A program made the position numbers and the translations under genes. Of a stretch of DNA of 64,000 nucleotides, positions 59,250 to 64,000 are shown piece by piece; the first letter of the stretch is position 1, and each line of letters opens with the position of its first letter. The notes beneath the pieces are model-generated. The model was given only the letters and a program-made list of their open reading frames with translations, searched no databases and was not told the origin of the DNA. This stretch comes from Propionibacteriaceae bacterium (lineage in GTDB: Bacteria > Actinomycetota > Actinomycetes > Propionibacteriales > Propionibacteriaceae). Location of the stretch: assembly GCA_036524735.1 (NCBI GenBank), contig DATDBS010000075.1, positions 9,884-73,883 of the forward strand, given 5' to 3'.

Positions 59250-60044
59250 TCAGCCGAAGAGCCGTCGAGCGGCTTCGAGCCGACCCGCGACCGTACCTTC
59301 GACGACCTCGTCCCCGAGCTCGACGCGGATGCCACCGAGCACATCCGGATCGACGATCTCCTGCAGCGCGACCTGGCGGCCGGCTTGCTTGCTCAACGAC
59401 GCCTGGAGTCGGTCCCGCTGTTCACCGCTCAACGGCTGGGCGACGCGTACCGTCGCCACGAGCCGGTTCTTCTGAGCCGCCGCCAGGGTGACGAAGCCCT
59501 CGATGGTGTGCGCGAAGGTCCGCTCACGGGCCGCCACGGCACGCTTGGCCAAGGTCAGGGTCGCCTTGGTCGAGCGACCCGCCAGCAGCTCGCCGACCAG
59601 GTCCTGCCGTTCGCTCAGACCGACGCTTCGATCGCCCAGGGCGTTGCGCAGACCGGGATTCGACTCGACGACCCGGGCGAACCGGAACAGCTCGTCCTCG
59701 GTCTCCTCCAGGGTGCCTTCGCCGTTGGCCGAGATGAGCTCAGCCCGTACGGCTTGGCGTTCCAGAGCAGCGGCGAACGTGCGCCCGCCACCCCAGCGCA
59801 GCTTTGCGGCGTCTGCAACCAGGGCGGCGACGGGACCGGCCACCTTGCCGTCGAGCAGGCCGTGGACCAGACCGGCCCTAGCCTCCTCGGGCGTACCCGG
59901 ATCCGTGATGGCCCGCCGCAGCATGGCGGAGGAGTCCAACAGGTCGACGACGGAGAACAGGTCGGAGGCGAACGAGCCCGAGGTGTCGGACCCGTCCACG
60001 ATCTTGTCCAGCGCGCTGAGCCGGGTGTCGGATGCGGTGCTCAT
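59250..60044 (-). CDS. atpH: ATP synthase delta subunit
   Basis: Extended actinobacterial delta; VDPDVLGGIRVELGDEVVEGT. Confidence 0.93.
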   Translation of the reverse strand: MSTASDTRLSALDKIVDGSDTSGSFASDLFSVVDLLDSSAMLRRAITDPGTPEEARAGLVHGLLDGKVAGPVAALVADAAKLRWGGGRTFAAALERQAVRAELISANGEGTLEETEDELFRFARVVESNPGLRNALGDRSVGLSERQDLVGELLAGRSTKATLTLAKRAVAARERTFAHTIEGFVTLAAAQKNRLVATVRVAQPLSGEQRDRLQASLSKQAGRQVALQEIVDPDVLGGIRVELGDEVVEGTVAGRLEAARRLFG

Positions 60045-60592
60045 GACCTGCCTGCGGGCGAGGGCTGCCCGTCTTCCTCGAGATCAGCCAGGAACCGGTC
60101 GACGGTGCGACGAGCACGCTCGTCGTCGTCGAGCGACTCGCCGACGATCCGGCCGGCCAGCGTGGTGGCCAGACCGCCGATCTCGTTGCGCAGCTGGGTC
60201 ATCACCTGAGTGCGCTCGGCGTCCAGCTGAGCCTCGGCCTGAGCCTTGATCCGGGCTGCTTCGGCCTGAGCCTGCTCGCGCATCTCGGCCAGGATCTGGG
60301 TGCCCTGGGTCTTGGCGTCCTCACGGATGCGGGCAGCCTCGGTCCGGGCCTCGGCCAGCTGCTCCGTGTACTGCTGGAGTGCCGCCTCAGCTGCCTCTTG
60401 AGCCTTCTCTGCCTTCTCGATCCCGCCCTGGATGGCGGCCGTGCGCTCCGCATACGTCGCTTCGAAGCGGGGCACGACCATCTTCCGGAAGACGAAATAC
60501 AAGATCCCGATGAAGACGATCGAGGCGATGACTTCTGGCAGCTCGAGAGCCAGCGGGCTCTCTCCGGCCAGCGGAATGAGAAGCGTGTTCAT
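60041..60592 (-). CDS. atpF: ATP synthase subunit b
   Basis: N-terminal TM helix, ERTAAIQGGIEKA, coiled coil, LAGRIVGESL. Confidence 0.95.
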   Translation of the reverse strand: MNTLLIPLAGESPLALELPEVIASIVFIGILYFVFRKMVVPRFEATYAERTAAIQGGIEKAEKAQEAAEAALQQYTEQLAEARTEAARIREDAKTQGTQILAEMREQAQAEAARIKAQAEAQLDAERTQVMTQLRNEIGGLATTLAGRIVGESLDDDERARRTVDRFLADLEEDGQPSPAGRS

Positions 60593-60601
60593 CTCAGACC
60601 G

Positions 60602-60832
60602 TTATGCCTGGCCCTGGAAGACGAACGCGAGGGCGATGCCGATGATGGCGAGCGCCTCACACACGGCGAAGCCGATCCAGGCGGTGCCCATCATGGCGCC
60701 GCGAGCCTCAGGCTGGCGGGCGGTGCCCTGGATGACGGAGGCGAAGATCAGACCGACGCCGATGCCCGGGCCGATGGCGCCGAGGCCGTAGCCGACGATG
60801 GCGAGCGAGCCCTGGATTTCCAGTGGAGTCAT
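60602..60832 (-). CDS. atpE: ATP synthase subunit c
   Basis: GPGIGVG, RQPE loop, CEAL carboxylate. Confidence 0.96.
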   Translation of the reverse strand: MTPLEIQGSLAIVGYGLGAIGPGIGVGLIFASVIQGTARQPEARGAMMGTAWIGFAVCEALAIIGIALAFVFQGQA

Positions 60833-60883
60833 GCAGGTGTTCCTTTCAAGGTTCTTCGCTGGTGGTCAGCGGAGAAGATTGGG

Positions 60884-61693
60884 TCAGTGCTCCTCGGCGG
60901 CGGCCGAAGAGATGTATACAGCGGTGAGAACGGTGAAGATGAAGGCCTGCAGGGACTGGACGAAGATCTCCAGCCCGAAGATGGCCATGCTGAAGATCAA
61001 CGAGGCGCCACCGGCGACCTTGTTGATGATCGGCTCGCTCTCCACCAGCAGGTACTCCCCACCCATCACGAAGACCAGTACCAACAGGTGACCGGCGAAC
61101 ATGTTGGCGAAGAGTCGCAGGGCCAGCGTGACCGGCCGGACGATGATGTTGGAGAGGAACTCCAACGGGATGATCAGCGGCCACATGTAGACCGGCACAC
61201 CCGAGGGGAGCACCGTGTGCTTGATGTAGCCGAGGAAACCGTGGGTCCGGATCCCGACCACGTTGTAGACGACCCAGACCAGACCGGCCAGTCCGTACGC
61301 CCAGCTCACGTGCGCCGCGGTCGGCATCAACGTGGCGGGGAAGACGCCCCACAGGTTGTTGACCAACACGAACGAGAACAGCGCCAACAGGAACGGGGTG
61401 TATTTCTTGAAGTCGTGACCGATCGAGTCCCGACCGATCGAGTTCCGGACGAACATGTACGCCGTCTCGCCGACGAACTGGCTCTTGCTGGGCACCATGG
61501 CGTTCTTGCGCGACATGGTCACCCAGAACAGCAGGATCACGATCATCGAGACGATCGCCTGGAGCATGAACTTCGTCAGCCACTCCAGGCCCGGCACACC
61601 CGGGAAGATCGGGGAAGCGGCGGTGTCGAAACTCTGCGGTCCGGGCGCCTCGAAACCCTCCATCGGCACCAGACTCATCAACAGCCCGCTCAC
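60884..61693 (-). CDS. atpB: ATP synthase subunit a
   Basis: RPVTLALRLFANMFAGH, LQAFIFTVLT. Confidence 0.96.
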   Translation of the reverse strand: MSGLLMSLVPMEGFEAPGPQSFDTAASPIFPGVPGLEWLTKFMLQAIVSMIVILLFWVTMSRKNAMVPSKSQFVGETAYMFVRNSIGRDSIGHDFKKYTPFLLALFSFVLVNNLWGVFPATLMPTAAHVSWAYGLAGLVWVVYNVVGIRTHGFLGYIKHTVLPSGVPVYMWPLIIPLEFLSNIIVRPVTLALRLFANMFAGHLLVLVFVMGGEYLLVESEPIINKVAGGASLIFSMAIFGLEIFVQSLQAFIFTVLTAVYISSAAAEEH

Positions 61694-61998
61694 AGGGCTC
61701 CCTCCGTCTTGTCAGTTTTTCGGTCGTCAGCTCGGCTCGTGGTCTGCGCCTCTGGCGCAGGGACCTGACCAAAACGCCGGATGATGATGTAAACCCCGAA
61801 GGCGGCGCCCGCGACGATTCCGATCGGCAGCAGGAAACCCGTACCCAGGAAGTGGTCGGCGACCCAGCCAAGTCCGCCGTAGAACAAGACCCCGGAGATG
61901 AGGTAGGAGAGGACGCGTAGCCCCTCGTCCATTCCGGCCGACGCCTCGCTTCTGCGCGCGTTGGCCTTGCCCTTGTCGAGCATCCCTTGGTCGTTCAT
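61690..61998 (-). CDS. AtpZ/AtpQ-type ATP synthase-associated two-TM protein
   Basis: SYLISGVLFYGGLGWVADHFLGTGFLLPIG; ATG 61998; overlaps the atpB start. Confidence 0.8.
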   Translation of the reverse strand: MNDQGMLDKGKANARRSEASAGMDEGLRVLSYLISGVLFYGGLGWVADHFLGTGFLLPIGIVAGAAFGVYIIIRRFGQVPAPEAQTTSRADDRKTDKTEGAL

Positions 61999-62033
61999 GG
62001 CGTCGCCTAACCTAGCAGCCGCGGCGCTCCGGG

Positions 62034-62528
62034 TCATTGCTCGGACCCCGTGCTGGACGGTGCGGCGTACTCGGTGTCGTACGCGCTGATCCGCAACCGG
62101 GAGAACACGAAAACCTCCACGACGAGCCATCCGGCCACGACCACCATGGTGGTGATGAAGATGGCCAGCGGGGTCAGCGTGGCCCAACGCTCGGCGTTGC
62201 GCTGGTAGAACAGCAGCACGAAACCGAGGACGGCGATCCGACCGGTGTAGCTCATCATCGAGACGATGAGGAGCGTCCGGGCACCTGCGTCAGCGAACTG
62301 GACCATCAACGCCTGACCGACGCCGTAGAAGAACAGCACCATCGCCGAGGCCAGCAGGGCCGACACCAGCCCGCTGCGGCCGTAGACCCCCGTCATGACC
62401 ACGATCGAGATGATCGCGGCCGCGAGTCCACCCACGGCGCCGGCCAGCAGCAGCTTGCGGGCCCGCACCACGTGGATGCTGGGTCCCTGCACTGCCGCGA
62501 TCGGCTCGGAGCGACTCTGAACGGTCAT
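62034..62528 (-). CDS. atpI: ATP synthase protein I-like four-TM protein
   Basis: Four hydrophobic helices; first gene of the atp operon. Confidence 0.7.
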   Translation of the reverse strand: MTVQSRSEPIAAVQGPSIHVVRARKLLLAGAVGGLAAAIISIVVMTGVYGRSGLVSALLASAMVLFFYGVGQALMVQFADAGARTLLIVSMMSYTGRIAVLGFVLLFYQRNAERWATLTPLAIFITTMVVVAGWLVVEVFVFSRLRISAYDTEYAAPSSTGSEQ

Positions 62529-62622
62529 GGGGGCGGGGCGATCCTTTGCGAGAAAGGTGAACTGGGGTTGGGGTTCAGCCCGATTCTCGCGCGTGAAACC
62601 CCGTTGTAACGCCCGAAGGCGT

Positions 62623-62640
62623 TCGTGAAAACTAGCACAC
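62623..62640. promoter_or_regulatory. Candidate Rex operator overlapping an extended -10 of the atp operon
   Basis: TCGTGAA-AACT-AGCACAC versus Rex consensus TTGTGAA-N4-TTCACAA; the minus strand reads TGcTAGTTT. Confidence 0.4.
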
Positions 62641-62702
62641 GTCAGCAGGCCTGTGGACGCGGAGGGATCGCCGTGGCCAAGAATTCGCCTGCCGTTCGCA
62701 GG

Positions 62703-63836
62703 TCAGGGTAGGGACTCGCCCCGGCGTACGGGATGACGCTCCTGGACGGGCCTTCCCAGGGTCACCAGCAGCAGGATCAGCGCACACAACGCAACCACCG
62801 CGACCACAGCCCACTGACGGTCGCTGCGCACCAGTCCGAGGATGATCACACCGAAGGAGACGAGCGCGGACCAGATGTACATCAGCATCACGGCCCGGCG
62901 TTGGCTGTGGCCGCGCTCCAGCAGCCGGTGGTGCAGATGCTGCTTGTCGGCGACGAACCACCACTTGCCGGCGTACGTCCGCCGCACGAAGGCCAGGACC
63001 AGGTCGAGGAAGGGCAAGAACAAGATGGCCACCGGGAGCACCAGGGGAAGCACCGTGGGCACCAGTCCGCGAGCCGAGTCCTGCAGCTGAGACGGGTCGA
63101 TCTGGCCGGTCAGGCTGATGGTCGAGGTGGCGAGCAGCAGGCCGAGCAGCATGGCGCCGGAGTCACCCATGAACATCCGGGCCGGGAAGAAGTTGTGCGG
63201 CAGGAAGCCGAGGCAAGCGCCGGCGATCGCCACGGTGATCAAGCTCGACGTGGTCGCCCGGGTGAGACCCTCCGTGACGGTCAACAGATACGAATAGGCG
63301 AAGAAGGCGAGCGCACCGATCGCCACCACGCCGGTGGCCAGCCCATCGAGGCCGTCCACGAAATTGACCGCGTTCGAGCACAAGACGATGAAGAACACCG
63401 TGATCGCGACCGAAGCGGAGGCGTCGAGGGACATGATCTGACCCGGCAACGGGATCCAGAGCATCTTCACTCCGAGCGCCACCGCAACCCCGGCCGCCGC
63501 GATCTGACCCGCGAACTTGGCCGAGGCCGGTAGGTCGAAGACGTCGTCCAGCACTCCGACCATGCAGATCACCAACGCGGCCACGAGCACCCCCCGCGAG
63601 TCATCCTGGACGGTGACCTCGCGGCCGAGGAACGGCAGCTGCCATGACATCAGCACCGCAGCGACCACGCCGGCCAACATCGCGACCCCGCCGAAGTAGG
63701 GCATCTCGATGGTGTGCACGTCCCGGTCCCGTACCTTGGCCAGTGCACCCGTGCGGAGCGCCAACCGGCGGCAGAGTCCGCTCACCAGGTAGGTCGTCGC
63801 CGCCGCGATGAGGAGGACCAGGAGGTACTCGCGCAC
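62703..63836 (-). CDS. wecA: Polyprenyl-phosphate GlcNAc-1-phosphate transferase (WecA/Rfe, MraY family)
   Basis: RDRDVH..PYFGG, GVLDD, NAVNFVDGLDGLA, FMGDSG, ADKQHLHHRLL. Confidence 0.92.
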   Translation of the reverse strand: MREYLLVLLIAAATTYLVSGLCRRLALRTGALAKVRDRDVHTIEMPYFGGVAMLAGVVAAVLMSWQLPFLGREVTVQDDSRGVLVAALVICMVGVLDDVFDLPASAKFAGQIAAAGVAVALGVKMLWIPLPGQIMSLDASASVAITVFFIVLCSNAVNFVDGLDGLATGVVAIGALAFFAYSYLLTVTEGLTRATTSSLITVAIAGACLGFLPHNFFPARMFMGDSGAMLLGLLLATSTISLTGQIDPSQLQDSARGLVPTVLPLVLPVAILFLPFLDLVLAFVRRTYAGKWWFVADKQHLHHRLLERGHSQRRAVMLMYIWSALVSFGVIILGLVRSDRQWAVVAVVALCALILLLVTLGRPVQERHPVRRGESLP

Positions 63837-64000
63837 TCAGGAACCCGCGGTCTTTCGGTCGTCCTCGACGGTCTCGAACAGATCCGGCTGGTCGGGGTCG
63901 ACGTCACCGGTGTAATCGGAGTCGGTCCCGGCGCTCGCCATCGCGTCCCACGACTCGCCCTCCTCGGGATCGTCGGGGCAACTCTCGTCCGGAGATGTCT
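63837..64000 (-). CDS. Acidic C-terminal tail of an upstream gene (partial); identity not visible, possibly a Sua5/TsaC-like gene by synteny
   Basis: Open frame ...DPDQPDLFETVEDDRKTAGS* with TGA at 63837-63839 abutting the wecA start. Confidence 0.45.
   Translation of the reverse strand, partial: TSPDESCPDDPEEGESWDAMASAGTDSDYTGDVDPDQPDLFETVEDDRKTAGS

Noticed and set aside
60602-60832. Na+-coupled ATP synthase
   Set aside because: Subunit c has CEAL without the Q...E-S/T Na+ signature; ordinary H+ type.

Overview
High-GC actinobacterial chromosome segment; gene content and style suggest Propionibacteriales (Microlunatus/Friedmanniella-like), which is an inference. Most of it is conserved core. 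In order: glgP-glgE-mak-glgB (no treS), a YbbN-like protein, pgm, a pit operon with PHO-box-like repeats, an RCK channel, icmA-marR-meaB-thiolase-mce, a DivIVA/FilP-like coiled-coil gene, a second such gene, nucS, PPIase, PduO-type adenosyltransferase, the full F1Fo atp operon and a wecA/rfe-like gene. A ~19 kb accessory block (about 28.65-47.7 kb) lies between the two coiled-coil paralogs and carries two modules. Module 1 is a single-module fully reducing type I PKS with a stand-alone thioesterase and an MMPL exporter; the PKS and TE are joined in frame by a 183-bp segment bounded by a 10-bp direct repeat. Module 2 is a tightly packed operon (two GTGA overlaps, one 1-bp gap) of ECF sigma, putative soluble anti-sigma, TPR-CHAT caspase-like protease and secreted subtilase. 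It is divergent from a large secreted Gly-rich/SdrD-B protein ending in an apparently metal-less SodC-like domain, and is the best candidate for a poorly described proteolytic signalling system. Other points of interest: a sigma/anti-sigma-like membrane fusion, a channel with a GDGD filter, a REP-like 37-bp tandem element, two D-V-x-P membrane micropeptides beside two uncharacterised membrane proteins, many leaderless promoters and apparent CGTACG enrichment. I saw no tRNA, rRNA, CRISPR array, integrase or transposase. All calls come from reading motifs by eye; no database searches were run.
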